From contig NMRA01000019.1 in NCBI GenBank assembly GCA_002633005.1, positions 1 to 47,964 of the forward strand: a DNA stretch of 47,964 bases, read 5' to 3'. This stretch comes from Phoronis australis. Lineage: Eukaryota; Animalia; Phoronida. Below, one piece after another: positions 33,870 to 47,696 of the stretch (its first letter is position 1; each line of letters begins with the position of its first letter). The translations under genes were made by a program, and so were the position numbers. The notes under the pieces were generated by a model that saw nothing but the letters and a program-made list of their open reading frames with translations, was not told the origin of the DNA and ran no database searches.

Positions 33870-36800
33870 CTGCCAAATAGATATATCCACATTCACACAA
33901 TACTTTTAATATACACTAAAGCAGCCTCAGAGCTGTATAGGTATTTTGAAACTTATTTACCACAAACCCCCATTTGATTAGTATAACTTAAGGATTGTTA
34001 TAAATAATTTTTGTCACAAAGTAGCTGGACGTAACTGGCACAGAGACTGCACTTTGAAATGTTCCAAAACAATGACAAAGCATGGCAATGTAATCCTACC
34101 TCAATATTCTTCAGTTCAGCAGTGCTTAGACTAGAGGGAGTCCTCAGTGGCTTCTTCTCTGGTTTCTAAAAATGATATTCAATTTGATAGAATGCAAGGT
34201 CAATCATACTACACTTTCAGATGCCTTGTTTAATGACCCCAAAACAAGTCACTGTCACTGGAAGAGATGCTCAAGCGGCTATAAAACATAAAGCTTCGCT
34301 ATCAACAGTCATAAACATTCAAATCTGGCACTTGAAAACTGAGCTTAGCAACAGAAAAAGAATGACAACTATGACAATGCCTGTTACTCCTTCACTAAGT
34401 TGTCTTAACTCAGGTATCTACATCCCATTCTCTGAATGTACATCTCAGTTATGACTCTAAGAATTTTATCTCGTAAATTAGAAAAACTGATAAACTGCAT
34501 GTGAAATCCAAGCAGTATCAGCATATTGTACCTGTTTACCACATGCCCTCAACCAGTCCCGTAACTTGAGCTCTTCCAGGCTACAACCAGTGAAAACGAC
34601 AACATTGTGATCTGAGGGGGACTGTCCATTCTCTACAACTGAAGGAGGTTTGGGCTGAAAATCCGTGGCGGATATCTGAAGACTGTTGCTCAAGGTGACA
34701 AAATACACCTCCATCTTCTTGGTAGGTGAATCTAAAATGAAAAATATTGAACATGAGCCCCACTTCAATGGTGTTTAGACACCAAGCGAAACTAATACCT
34801 GTACCTCAGAGATTTATTAAATGCTTTATTTTCAAATGGGTACTAAGTTCTTAACTGTGTCGAGATGTAATGATTCACCATGCAGGAATTTCTATCATTA
34901 ATGAAAGACTTGTCTCAATTTTCTGTTACTTAAGTTACCAAATGAGAATCATTTTACAGCCATATACGGTTATAACAAGACATGCTAAGAATTACACTGT
35001 AAACCCTTCAGCAGCTTTGACCACAAATCCTATTTATACGTCAACAATCAGACTTTCGAATTATATTTGTTTCTATGAAACGCGTACATTTTGGTTATCA
35101 ACATGCTGTTCTGCTTTTTATTCATACTTTATTAGAACTTCCTAGCTAAATGCATTCCCCAGACAAATAGTAATTATAAAATAAAACAAAATTGCAAACA
35201 TGAGTCAACTTCACGCAGATGGCAGTTTAGTTCAAAGACTGAATTGTTGATTGAAATGTATATGCAAACCTGCGCACCACCGTAGGAGGAGGCAGCCTGA
35301 TTTTAACTAATGTGTTAACAAAGCATAAAATGGTTCCAGGTGATCAGTAAAATTGGCCCAGATGAGTGGCCTGCGCACGTCTACTACAACGTGTATCCTT
35401 CACTCTGCAGACAACTCACCTGAGAAAGTGACAGATCCCCTGACTGCATAGACGTTGCCCACGTAGGGGTGAGACTTGAGTGAACTGTGCAATGATCTCA
35501 GTTTTGCTACAAACTTGCTCCTCTCAAGAGGCTGAGGGAACTGAATAGATACTTCTCCGATAGCTGGGTAACAGTCCCTCACAGAAAATTGCATAGTCTT
35601 CCTAGAAAACAACAATTATTTTAGATGAAGAGTCATTTTTCTTTAAAGAAGGAAAAATAAGAGAGAAAAATAAAGAAATGACACAATACACTATTCTGCC
35701 TGCTGGACAACAATACTGATTTATATTCAACTCAATACCTACAGTAAAGATTTGCACTGCATGATTTGTAATTATTATAAGTACATTAATTATCCAAGCT
35801 ATTACAATACATGGTCTGCAACTTAAATGACACTGAATGGCACACAATACTACTGACACCTGAAAAATGGGTGCTGCAAGTATTGCAACCTGGTAACAGG
35901 AGAAGTATTGATGAAACCAATCCATACCAGCAAGGTTGAGAAAGGTGACGCGATCTGGTCATGTTGTTCTCAGTAAAGGCGTCCTCTGATAAGATCAATT
36001 CTATGTCTGGACTCCTGTAACAAAATTAATCTTGCAAATAACTGCTGTGGTGTCTCGATTTTCATGCAAACTGAGGTAACACCATTTACCAGACGTAGAC
36101 TAATCTGACTCTTATTAACTAATTCCATTACAGATGCCAAACACAACAAAAACATTAAACAATTTGCCAATTGTTTGTCTAGCTGATGTCTGTCTTGTGA
36201 TAAAACGATATCCACTTTGTGTCTATCAAGAGTCAAATGGCGCAACAGGATTCATGACCAATGGGCGCAGATGATACAAGTCAACCATTCTCATGCAAGC
36301 TCATTTCACTTCTTACCTGGTCATTTGACCTCTCTCGGCCAATAGGAAAGCTACGTCAGGGTTCACCGCTCGTATGAGAGTCTGGGCCTCGAGCAGTGCT
36401 TCATTCTTGAGGTTGGTTGAACTTGTGAACAGTACATTGTTGACAAAGCCCAGAGCACACTGATCCAGCAATTTGGGGAGAGTCATACGGTGGTGCATAA
36501 ATACATTGAGGGGGTCCACACACACAGTGACGGAACCTTAAGTAACAAAATAGGCAGCATCAGCCATGACTGTAAAACGTGCTACTTTGTTTTAAACAAT
36601 GTTCACTTCTTGAACACAAACAAGCTATGTTCAGGACAATTAGCTATTGTTTCAGTCATTCCCAATCTCACAATTGAACCGTTATTAATAGTGATGCTGA
36701 ATTTGTGAACACCTTGCACATTCTGGCCAACAAGCATCATCAAAACTGCGTTGGAAATAACCATCATTTTGAAGCAATTGAGAGACATGTTCTGCACGGA

Positions 36801-39800
36801 AACGGTACCAGGACGGAACATTACGAATAAAAATCATTCTGGGTAATTTATGTGTAATGAAATATGATCTAAAGTAGATTAATTACCTATTTTGAGATGT
36901 CTCGATGTTTCAATGTCTGGATGATTCGTGATGCATGCTACAACATGGATTATGTCTGTAAATCTAGAAAAAACAAAGCAATGTTTATTTGACCAATAAC
37001 TATTAAACTCCTTTCTGCAAGGTCAAGATGAACAAAGGACACTTTCACAAAATTTTAATTCGAAGACCACTTAAACAGCAAAATACAATAACTTTGCAAG
37101 ACTTCAGCACACAAATCAACTTTTATAAAGTTACAAAATCACAATTTCCAATTATTCTGTATGCAGTTGGACATTTAGTCTGCTTACAAAGTGACTCACA
37201 AGCGAAAACAGACTGTACATTAACCTCCATTCAAGTTTTACTTAACAAAGATAACAAGGCCATACCCTGGGGTCACAACAAGAGCCCTCATCTTCTTCCT
37301 TCCTCCACCCCCGGGGCGAGCCGACTTCTTCTTCAAGGCGTGCACAGCTGCGGTCAGCGTGTTCTGAAGTCCGACGGGGTCAAACAACTGGACAGTCTCA
37401 GTAGGGTGCTTGATGACCATCCACCTGCAGACCAGGATATACACTAAGTTTAAACACACAAATAAGTTCTTGCAATTCACATACAGCTGCCTTCCTCTTC
37501 AACATTTCAAAGAAAACAATTTAACTTAAGCTAGGTGACTTGCAACTTTTAAAAATTGGTTTCAAAATTTTCCTCTCCATCTTAAAGGAACTCTACTTCC
37601 ATTACCAATTGAAAGGGCAACATGATAGTATTTATTAACAAAAAATGCTTCTCAAAATAGTCGGGCGCGACCAATCCTAAAATTTGACTGCTTCCGTTTA
37701 GTTGAAAGTTACGATAATTCTCCACTTATTTTGCAGCAAAGTATGTGCCAAAATCGTAATTTTTCTTTTTTTCAAGTAACAGTAGTCTCAGCAAATGTTG
37801 TTTTAAGACATAACACTACAATCTATGTTTGTAATAGATGTAATGTACTTAATACTCTTTACTTTTGTGGAGAAATTTAACAAAATATAATTTCACTTGT
37901 TGGCCACATCGTGTCCACCATAGGTGAAGAATCCCCATATTTCTAATATTAAAAGAATATTGAAAATGATGCTAACAAGAAAAGAGCTTAAGTCGAGTAA
38001 TTCACAATTCAATCAAAATGTTTCTTAATTTCATGTCAGTGCAGTAAGTGGAAATGAAATTGATGAAGTAGACCATACAATATCACTCACCTCTGCTGTT
38101 CCTTGTTCAGATTTGTCAATGTTTGAGCAAGCTCTTCACGGTAACTTCCCACCACGCCACCGATGATCGTTACGACCAGCTCATCATAGCTGTCAAAAGT
38201 TCCAGTATCATACGTCTGCTTGAGTAGAACGGGCAAGTCAGCCTTCAGAATGGGCTCCCGAGCACACGGAGCTGACAGCTAGATGGTCTAGAAATCTGAA
38301 AGAGTGGATGTCATATAGGAAGTTTTGTAAATGTGTATTACTCGAAGTAGTTATGAAGCTGCCATCGATCATACAAACTAACTTTTGGTTTTGAACATTT
38401 AACATTATGAAGAATATTTTGCTTCCTGTGTCCAGTTGTAATTGATGCACTGCTCTCTCGACTGTACAATATCAACGTTTAATCGACTCAAATTCAAAAC
38501 GATTTTTATTCAGTTTAAAATGCCAGGGGGAGGTATGTATCGTGGTGAGGGCATGTCATGATTTCCACCAAAACTCTATTGACCGTTGATAATGTTTTGT
38601 CACCTGCAACATTGAATCCTGTACAAACACCAGCCGTGACATTTTAAAATATTATAGAAACAATGCGTGTACATCTTAGCATGAAAGTTTCATAACAATT
38701 CACCAACAAATTCACAATTTCGCAGCGTTTTTGTAATTAATTACACCATATTTCCTCACAATTAAATTGGCACTAGAAAATGCAGTTCTAAAAAGTTGCC
38801 GAGTTAAATACAAGTTGAGATCAGTTTGACAGTGGTAACATGTATAAACTAAGTATCCATGCTGGAATATGTGTTCAAAGTGGCTTTAATTTGTCATCAG
38901 TGATTGAAATGTTAATTAACCAGACACTAGTGAAAAAACGAAGATAAAGCAACTCACCAAAAACAACAGACTTTTCCACTCAGAACTGCTATTCACAAAT
39001 TTGAATTTGTAATGCCCAACTTAAAAGTCTTAGAGCACCTGACTTCTCTAGGACTGACAATAAGATTAAATCGCATACTGGCACACTGATTAGTCAATGG
39101 TGAAGCCAACTGCCATATGAATAGTTCAACTTTCACACGCATTCTTGAACAATAAACTCGTAAAAGGTTCTAAAAATGTGTCAGCTTTGTGCTAGCTTCC
39201 CATACATTAGGCACACTTCTCTAAAATCTGCCACACATCGTGAAGCGCCCACACTTACCCTTGTAAGTCTGGCAAATACACTTCCGCCTTTCTCAGTGGG
39301 GAGACGGACGTGTCATGGCGAGAGAAGACCTGATATTTGTTCTGCAGTTGGACGTGGCTAAAAAGATAAATACAGAATATTACAGCTATAACACAATCTC
39401 CATAGCTGTGTTTCCACAGTATACTAAACCAATTATTAATTCTCAATGCACATCAATGTTGATAACACGTGAATTATTCTCCATACCTGTCCAGGTTGAA
39501 CACAAGGACAAAACGGTCATAATGAGGAAAGCTGCTGGTAGGGTTATAATTCGGGTGAGGAAATGAGGGAGAACGCGGCGATTTTGTCCCCTTTTCACGA
39601 AAGTCGTAACACAGTGGAAACTAATCATGTCAGGTTCCTAGAACATTGTCAGATATACTTTTGTAGCATATTCATGACATACATTCAAAAAAGTACAAAC
39701 AAGTGTGCAGACGTAATGTCAGTTTGAAACAATAGAGCTAATGGAGGCGAACTCGCCCAGCCCTGGTTCTAGTTTGTGTCCAACTGGGGTCAATTCGCCT

Positions 39801-42800
39801 CCTTCACGGAAAGGTTAAATTCGTAAGAAAACACCTGCTATAGACTCATTGTCTTTTACATAACAAATTTAGGCTTAATATCTACAAGTGGTTTACAATC
39901 AACATCTAATCATTCTATTTTCTGAACTCAGATGCAAATACATGCTCGTGTGCATTAAGAAACATCATTCATTGAGCACATGATGTGAGTATAGTCTTAA
40001 TTGAGCGCAGGATGTGAGTATAGCCTTCATTGAGCGCAGGATGTGAGTATAGCCTTCATTGAGCGCAGGATGTGAGTATAGCCTTCATTGAGCACAGGAT
40101 ATGAGTATAGCCTTCATTGAGCGCAGGATGTGAGTATAGCCTAGCATTGTACTGTATCAACTTCACGTTCATTCCTTATCACCTCTCATTTTTTCTAAAA
40201 GATGATTTTCTGGCTACCCTTAAAACGTGCTAATAGAAGGCGGTCTTGCACCAGTAGCAGTGAAGTGAAACACCTGATCATGAACAATTTACAAAGCCAA
40301 ACAAACTAAAGGTCATGTGGAATTACAATTCTTTGTCACATTTTATAATAAAAATATTGAATTTGAGCCTAATAGGTAGAACAAAAAAAAACATGCCAAA
40401 GTCTCTCCTAAAATCACCCACCAGGATATTTTAAAGATACACTTAATTTTAGTACACTGGGAGCAATCATAGAATCTCACAAAATGGCAGCGGCGAATAT
40501 GAGAGCATACACAGTATTCGAGATATGGGTGCTGGGTAAGCTTGCACAGTCTCGACTAAGCATATACATTCAACAAGGATCCAATGATACAAAATGCTTT
40601 AAAAACAAGTTTGCTACAAAGCTGCATCTCGGTAAAAAAAACAAAAATTACGGGAATTTAATTCACCAGTTTGCAGACAAATACTAAATACAGAGAGACT
40701 GAGCAGGTGCTGAGGCTGAACTGCGCACATTTTGATTTGTTACAGAAAAGAACGATATTGCATCCTTACCACTTCTTGAGATACAAGGGAAGCTGTGTAA
40801 TAATTTGCATAGGTGTTGACTCCTGATGGTGCCACAGATGAAACACATCGCTGAAGAACTCTTTGTAAGCCTTTGTTTTAGGCGCCAGACCAACGACTAG
40901 TCGAAAGTCATCTGAGTATAGCTGCACTGGTACAGTGTTACTGGCCATGGGACTGTAGGTCAGGGTAAGTAGAGCCACAGAACTGGTAGAGTCCTGCAGA
41001 GGGAGCTTATTACAACATACACAATCAAGATGGATGACAGGATGTATTATGGGGACTTCAATGGATAACGCTACTGTTATGTTGTCCTTCATTTTATAAA
41101 ACCATATACTTTTAGTATCTTCTCTTTATTATTTTTTTATTATTTATTTTGTTTCATCAGTCTTTCCATGTTAGTTTGTTACTCATCATTGATTATTTTA
41201 ATCGTGTCTTTCATTTTGTAATTCTGTTTGTTTGTCTCACTGTCTGTGTATGGTTTTACTGAGGGCCCCAATGGAAAGCAGTGAGAATTGATGGGGGTAC
41301 CCTAATTGTAAACATTACAATAATAAATAAATATATAAATAAATAAAGTATTCCATTCATGATTGCATTATGCAGATGCAAGAATTATTCAAGCAAAGCT
41401 AGCGTGATCACGTTCTTCGCTAGCAACAGAATGAGATATCTCAATGACTAGTGTGATCTTGAATTTTGTGAGTTTCTCGAACATAGGGAACGCAGCCTAG
41501 GTTAATTTCCAACTTCGGCTAAATTCCCACCCTCAAAATTTCACAAATTCTTTATCCGAAAACCAACCCCAATTTTCGACATCCTGGGCATTAACCTGAA
41601 TGGTTATGGCAAAATGTTCTCAAACAAACAACTCGCGACTGCTCAGAAAGTCAAAATGAAAATAACATTGAAACAACATGCACAAAAATGTATTTATTAT
41701 TTATAATAGTGTATATTACTAATTAAAAATGCATCTAAAGTAGCCTTATGATTTATGTAAACACCAAACATATCTCAATGGCAATTACATAGTTTTTTCA
41801 TGTTGCATCAAAACAAAACAGGCAGCAGCAACATGAATCCATTTTGCAGGTGTCTTGTGCTTCGAACACTTACCCCGTCATAAAATTGTATATTTGTGAG
41901 CATGTTCTTTGGTAGACAAAAGCAGCCAAATCGACTATCTGAGAGTAAGACGGCTTCTTCAAATACGTGGAGCGTGGCTAAGAAAGAAAGACAAATCTGT
42001 GACAAAATCGAGGACTACAAAATAGAACAGATAAGGCAAAGAATTGGTAATAACTGAAACACATTTTGTGGAAAAACATACACATTAGAATACATTTCTG
42101 TATAGTTGTTATCCTGATTTCTTGATATAACTTATTTAAGCTTTTGCATATTACACAGTGATATTATGCAATTCAGTTACAACTTTACAACTAACTAGAT
42201 TTAACAAGTACGTGCTCAGTGGTCAAACCTCTAAAGTGGTCAAATCTCTAAAGTGGTCAAATCTCTAAAACATAAACTGTTTTTTTTCACCGAAACTTGT
42301 ACTGTGCTTCAAAAACCTACCTCGTCTGGCTTAAAAACAGCCCATTTTCAGACAAAACAATGCCGACCAGTATCTCACCGACAATTTAACATTGTCCTAA
42401 TTAGTACCACCCTTCTCCTCCATCAGAGTCACGGCTCAGGGAACTATCGTGCAGAGCCTATTCTGACAGAACCTTTAACTTTAATCCCCATACCTTATTC
42501 CCAAAATTTCAGAAAATCCATAACTTTAACAAAGGCTTATCCACCTCTATTGGATGTCATTATTGTTACGACTAACAGCCTCCTAGCGACTGTTTTGCAC
42601 ACACTCTAAATCTTACCTTCCTGCATGACCGCCATATTTGAGCAGCTCCAGACATCCACAGTAGCACCATGCACTAGCGCCTTGCCAAACGTCTCTGTCT
42701 TGGGCGACTTGAGAAACTGCTCCACCTTCTCTGACGACTCCAGCTCTTGCTGACTGATCTGAGTTACAAATAAACATATCCGTTACATAACTTCTCCTCT

Positions 42801-45673
42801 ACTTCATAACTGAAAACCTCACCTTAAAAATACACGGTCTGGTTTCTGTTTACAATGTCCTCTAAGAATACTATGACACCTGTTGTTATTGGTTAAATTT
42901 CAGTGGATTACACAAGTCTCTATGGCTTACGTAAGGGAAATATAATCTTAAAGACAGATGGTCCCTTCTAACAACTATTTTTTTAGCAATTTGCATTTTC
43001 CTACCCGACTGCAGCGTACTCTAAAATTAACAGAAAGTCTTGTCCAGAGAAATTTACACGCAGTATGAAGTATTCAATAGGCAAACCTTAAAACATTAGT
43101 GATCGTATTAATGACTCACCATCCAAGAAGTATAGCGGGGAATATGAGCAGTCAGTATCGTGTACTGACCATCCAGACTTTCTTTGCCTGAAAACAACAA
43201 CGATTACACAGAATTAACACTGGCTTAAAACCACTACAAACCATGTACTGGTGTTAAAGATACCACCTGTCTTCACTGGCATACAATTTGCTCTTCCAAA
43301 GCAATGTATCACGTTATTATCATTTGTTTGATTTCATCTGCGGTGCTGCAGCCGTTATCCAAATGTAAAGTGGAAAAGGCTCGTAAACACCCGGTGTCAT
43401 GCGACGGATTGCTAGTTAGTTATAAGCCTTTCTATAGATGTCGCTGTCGTTCGTTTTACCGGCTTGTGACAGTGGCGTTATTTGTTTGTAGTTCCACACA
43501 GTTGAAAAATACTTATATAAAACATCGAGTCGCTCGCAATATTTATCGCATTTTATTCGCCGAAACGCATTGCAGAGACTATTTATTGTTTCAACGTGCG
43601 ATTCCATAACACCCGGTGACATCACAGATAACTTGTAGATGTGAAATCCGTAACTACAGTGTCTAATCGGATGGCGCGTGCTTCGAGAATCTTTCACGCA
43701 AAAGATTTGCTATTCTAATGTAATTATTTGATGCATTTGAGGTTGGCTTTCAATTTTTTCTATGATAGTTGCTTTGTTGCAGTGCACCCTGGCTTTTAAT
43801 TCTGGTGCACTCAAGTGTTGTTTTCTGTCATATTGTTTCCCGCATCGCCAACTTATCTATAATGCATTGCATAAAAATGGAAAAACCTCAAAAGCAAACA
43901 ACATTTTCAGAATAATACCAAATCGAAAAAGGTACCATTGTCTAGTATTCGAACAGTCGATTCCAGGAACGAATCGGCAAAACAAACAGATCCAATTTTG
44001 TGGCCAGGATGTTCCGAACTTGGAATATCGTAGACGCAAAGGCTGGCTAGTTTCACGTATGGACTTGACTTTCCCTCTAGTACAGTTGATGCCTGTCCAT
44101 GGTTATTCAGAATTTCAATTGTAAAGAACATGTTACTGAAAAGAAGAAAAATGTGATTTGTCAGATGGAGGGTAAATCAAGTTCCTCAGTCACTAAGGTT
44201 CCATAACACAGAAGACAGAATAATGTACATTGACTCAGTCATGACATTGAAGGAAAAGTTTTCATACTTTATCCAATCATCGCTCAGCAAGATTCAGTGA
44301 AACCAGGTTTGAAATGAGGTGTTTGTCTGCAAAACTGCTCAGTAGATTTGAATTAAAATACCGGTTCACTTGGAAGAAATATGAAGATCTCGTGAGATTT
44401 CATAGGCAACAGAGTTGTATTAGACTATTATATATGATAATCATGTTTTAGGTGTTTCATGCTAGACTTCAAATGACATCATAAGTGCAGACCTCTGAGC
44501 ATAGTTCGGTCATTTCAGTAAGTAATCTTCAATAAATGAGCCACATTTAAGAAACCATAAAACATCACCATGACTCATCCACTTACCTGGAGTCTACATC
44601 CAGACCCAACAGAGCACATCTGTCCTGCACAAGCCTGTAAGCCTTGCTTCTCGCCTACAAATTCAACAATACAATAGTGAGCATCAAAGGGGGTTGTGAA
44701 TTCATATAGAATTATTAAAATTGCCGATGACACCTAGACATAGTGGGCACTTTTCTCAAAATGGTCCGTCAGTTATCAGCTAATTCAGCACTGGTAACCT
44801 GTCTATCTTGAATAGGTGCGTAATAAACTGGTACAGTGTAATGGGGCACAATGTAATCCATAAATTAGTCCTATAACTGCTCGTAAGACACCTTTTTTGC
44901 TTGACTGATGACAACTTGAACAACTTTATGTGTACCACGTTGTGTAGCCAAAATCTTACGGTATCAACTGCAACTGTCTGCAACAGTATGCGACACGAGC
45001 AGTCCTCATAAGCAAATTACCTCAAGCCGGTCACTCAATTAGTGACTATATCAACATTATTTATGGGCCTGAGTCTCAACTTTTTATGATTCACGACACA
45101 AAAAATTTCAAAGCTGAGTGGTACGCAACAAGTCCATCTCAGGTCTTAGTGTGATATCAGATCTACCTTTAACAGACTATATATAGACCAGTCACACGAT
45201 GTGTTTCTCTACCTCCACCACAGAGGAGAGGATTTGATCAGTAACAATTGGCAAGGGAGACAAGCCAAGAGCAATATTTTTGGGGTGCAACAAATGCCAC
45301 CAGAGAATTCTTCCCACATGCTGCTGACACACTCCAATGAGAGTTCTTAAATCTGAGTCATGGATATAGAGGGCCTGAGAATTGAAATTACCAAAGGCTG
45401 AACAGATGTATGGGTGACACCTAATGACGTCAATGTTCTTCAAGAACAAATGGCTCACACATTTGTGGAGAAAATGTTTTTGTGTAGCAAAATATGTCAC
45501 CAACATGGCGCAAAAGTATGTTCTATACACTGCCTATCTTACCAATTTACAGCTCAAAGTTGATGCATAGATTGGCAGGACTTCCATCACGACATCCACA
45601 ATGATAGCATAGGTCTGGTTCAAGAGGTTCTGATCTTTACTGCTAGGTGGTGCTGAAGGACCATCACCGCTAA
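33669..45673 (-). CDS. DNAAF9: Dynein axonemal assembly factor 9 (C20orf194/Shulin), 3' part of a multi-exon gene; 5' exons not identified in the window
   Basis: 15 GT-AG exons whose peptides follow human C20orf194 as recalled: VYDIP..GSV.F..SFL, FYDGDSTS, CVDP..LPKLLDQC, PLP.G.FYNG.QYV..GD..HP. Confidence 0.92.
34100..34165 (-). CDS. DNAAF9: DNAAF9 exon (KPEKKPLRTP...KNIE)
   Basis: AG/GT borders; phase 0-0. Confidence 0.85.
34532..34731 (-). CDS. DNAAF9: DNAAF9 exon (DSPTKKMEV...DWLRACGKQ)
   Basis: AG/GT borders; conserved F.GCSL.E..L.DWLR. Confidence 0.9.
35420..35601 (-). CDS. DNAAF9: DNAAF9 exon (KTMQF...PLERSKF...GNVYAVRGSVTFS)
   Basis: AG/GT borders; phase fits. Confidence 0.88.
35928..36014 (-). 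CDS. DNAAF9: DNAAF9 exon (SPDIELILSEDAF...QPCW)
   Basis: Conserved DIELILSE. Confidence 0.88.
36317..36536 (-). CDS. DNAAF9: DNAAF9 exon (GSVTVCVDP...AERGQMTR)
   Basis: Conserved; AG/GT borders. Confidence 0.9.
36887..36963 (-). CDS. DNAAF9: DNAAF9 exon (FTDIIHVVACITNHPD...KI)
   Basis: AG/GT borders; phase fits. Confidence 0.88.
37266..37424 (-). CDS. DNAAF9: DNAAF9 exon (WMVIKHP...ALVVTPG)
   Basis: AG/GT borders; phase fits. Confidence 0.88.
38091..38295 (-). CDS. DNAAF9: DNAAF9 exon containing an apparent +1 frameshift
   Basis: FLDHLAVSS is in one frame and REPILKADLPVLL...KEQQR in another; 205 nt where flanking phases need 204. Confidence 0.85.
39259..39357 (-). CDS. DNAAF9: DNAAF9 exon (HVQLQNKY...YLPDLQG)
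   Basis: AG/GT borders; phase fits. Confidence 0.82.
39968..40141. repeat. 29-bp minisatellite
   Basis: tcattgagcgcaggatgtgagtatagcct repeated 6 times with no spacers. Confidence 0.92.
40770..40993 (-). CDS. DNAAF9: DNAAF9 exon (DSTSSVALL...LPLYLKK)
   Basis: Conserved DSTS.VA; AG/GT borders. Confidence 0.88.
41100..41346 (+). mobile_element. 3' end of a non-LTR retrotransposon (CR1/L2-like)
   Basis: T-rich UTR, then gggcccc..gggtaccc stem-like motif and a (TAAA)n tail. Confidence 0.45.
41874..41977 (-). CDS. DNAAF9: DNAAF9 exon (TLHVFEE...IQFYDG)
   Basis: Conserved FYDG; AG/GT borders. Confidence 0.88.
42219..42269. repeat. 17-bp tandem repeat x3
   Basis: gtggtcaaatctctaaa. Confidence 0.8.
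42617..42758 (-). CDS. DNAAF9: DNAAF9 exon (ISQQELESSEK...MQE)
   Basis: AG/GT borders; open frame; phase fits. Confidence 0.82.
43120..43187 (-). CDS. DNAAF9: DNAAF9 exon (KESLDGQYTILTAHIPRYTSWM)
   Basis: Conserved LTA..PR..SW. Confidence 0.88.
43936..44135 (-). CDS. DNAAF9: DNAAF9 exon (NMFFTIE...VYDIP...FADSFLES)
   Basis: Conserved; AG/GT borders. Confidence 0.9.
44587..44654 (-). CDS. DNAAF9: DNAAF9 exon (ARSKAYRLVQDRCALLGLDVDS)
   Basis: AG/GT borders; phase 0-2 bridges the neighbouring exons. Confidence 0.75.
45543..45673 (-). CDS. DNAAF9: DNAAF9 exon (SGDGPS...LLNQTYAIIVD...SCKL)
   Basis: Conserved LL.Q.YA; alternative acceptor at 45669 possible. Confidence 0.82.
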
Positions 45674-47696
45674 CTGGAAACAGAAAAAGAAAAACATGAA
45701 ATGGTGTATAATACTTAAATACCTTGCAAAAAGACAATTCAAAATATGATGACTTCCATATCACTGCAATAGAATTTAAGCTCAGATTTTGAACTTGCAG
45801 ACAACACACTCATAAGTATGAAGTCGTCATTTAAAAATCAAAGATTCTTAGAAATGATTCAGAACTAACATCCAGTCTACTTTCATTACGGTAGAAGTCA
45901 AAGGGATTTAGAAAATTTTCCTGGAAGTAAATACTTGCACATTTCCACAAATGCATTTAGATTAAAAATTAAATTATGTTGCCAAATCTAAAGAAAAAAA
46001 AACAACAGTATAGACTTAACTCGAGTGAAGAACATACATTAGGACTAAAGATAACGAATTAAGCCAATGTTCAGAAAATCATTCGTACACAGGGAACACA
46101 ATGAAACGAGCTCATAACACTTTAAGTACGGCATTAGTGGAATCCGAAATAAACTCCAGTTCCATAAATAATACATTTACAATAGACTGATTTAATATTT
46201 TCAAGAATTCTTGGGGTAAAATGGTGTTCTTCTGAAACGCAAATAGTAACTATACCTAATTATAACTGAATAAAAAACAAAAATAATTTCAGTGCATATC
46301 AAGTTACAAATGGATGATTTAATAAGGCAAACAGGATATAATTAAACCCAGGGCTTCCCTTACAAATCAAACTGGTTTCAACTGACCAGGAAACAGCATG
46401 CAAAAATTAGGCTTCTTAATAAGAAACATATGGCAAACTTGCCTATATTAGGACTAACCAGAGACAACAATAAATTGGGATTTCCCTTTTCCACAGAAAA
46501 CCTGCATCTAAACAGGATGCTCCTACACCACGGCTAGAAGAGTTGGATCTGAGCACAAAAGACGACACAACCAAAAATCTTGGTCTCCATTAGTTCATCA
46601 ACAGCCTTTAAGAACAAAAAATAGTTACTGAACTGTCTGGGATTGCAAAACCACAAAAGGCAAACCTCACTGCTAAAAATGGCAAACATACACACACCAG
46701 CGTATCCATGGAATTTTTGTACTAGTAAGTATCTTGGAAAATGTACCAAGACATGCAAATGTTTTCGGAACACCAGCACCACCAATTTTGAGTCCTTGGG
46801 GAAATGGAGGGCGTATGGGAAATGGTAGAGCAGGACGTTTATGTTAACAATCCCAGTAAAACTACAACTTCAGTCCCTTTGGATATAGGGTAACGTGCTA
46901 CAAATGACTAAGACAGCTTCCCAGTATCATCCTAAATATTGCTCACATATCTCTAAATAACTTAGATAAAAACCCCTGCTCCTCAAGTCACACACTACAG
47001 CTGCCAACTGACCATGAATGTGACTGCAATATCAAAATGCATCAAACTTCAAACGGCCGTGTTTTTTACAGTAATTTAATCAATCAAAACAAAAGTACTG
47101 GTTACGAGGTCTCTGGCATTAGGAAGGTATAGCATATATAACTGCACATTAAATCCAAATCAGAGCTAAAACACAGGAAACCACAGAGTGCAACTTTGTT
47201 TAGCATGGTGTATTGATTTAACAGTAGGTATTTAACTTGGGTGTAATTAGTCAGCATGAGGCCAACACAGGAAGTCTATTGATTGGCTGACATCAAGTGG
47301 TGAAGGCCAACAGTCAACACTCTTCTTCCCTGGAACATCACAACTGTGAAACCAAAAGATACCAAGTGGGGACCCCAGGACAAGCTGAACTTATATAGTG
47401 AGGGCCTGCATTTGACTTTGAGGTAAGAATAACTAAACACAGTAGTGGAAAAACTAGCGAATAAATAACGGATATGCAATTCAGTTGTGCGAAATAATAG
47501 GATAAGAGAACAAGATTTTTTATGAATTTTCATGTAATTTGAAATGTGCCTCTGTGCATTTCGCTGTGGCTATCTAAGACTGCAAAAGCAGAGCAGAAAA
47601 AATCAGCAAAATGACGTCAGATGATTCAGGTAAAAGATTTTCAGTAGAAACTCTGTTTCCAACAAAATGCTTTATCAATAAAGAGACGTAATTAAT

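Noticed and set aside
39968-40141. 29-bp repeats as a CRISPR-like array
   Set aside because: Units are head-to-tail with no unique spacers, there are no cas genes, and the site is a eukaryotic intron
45700-47690. Further upstream DNAAF9 exons or short ORFs (46534-46785, 47276-47533)
   Set aside because: No recognisable conserved peptide with matching splice sites; treated as intron
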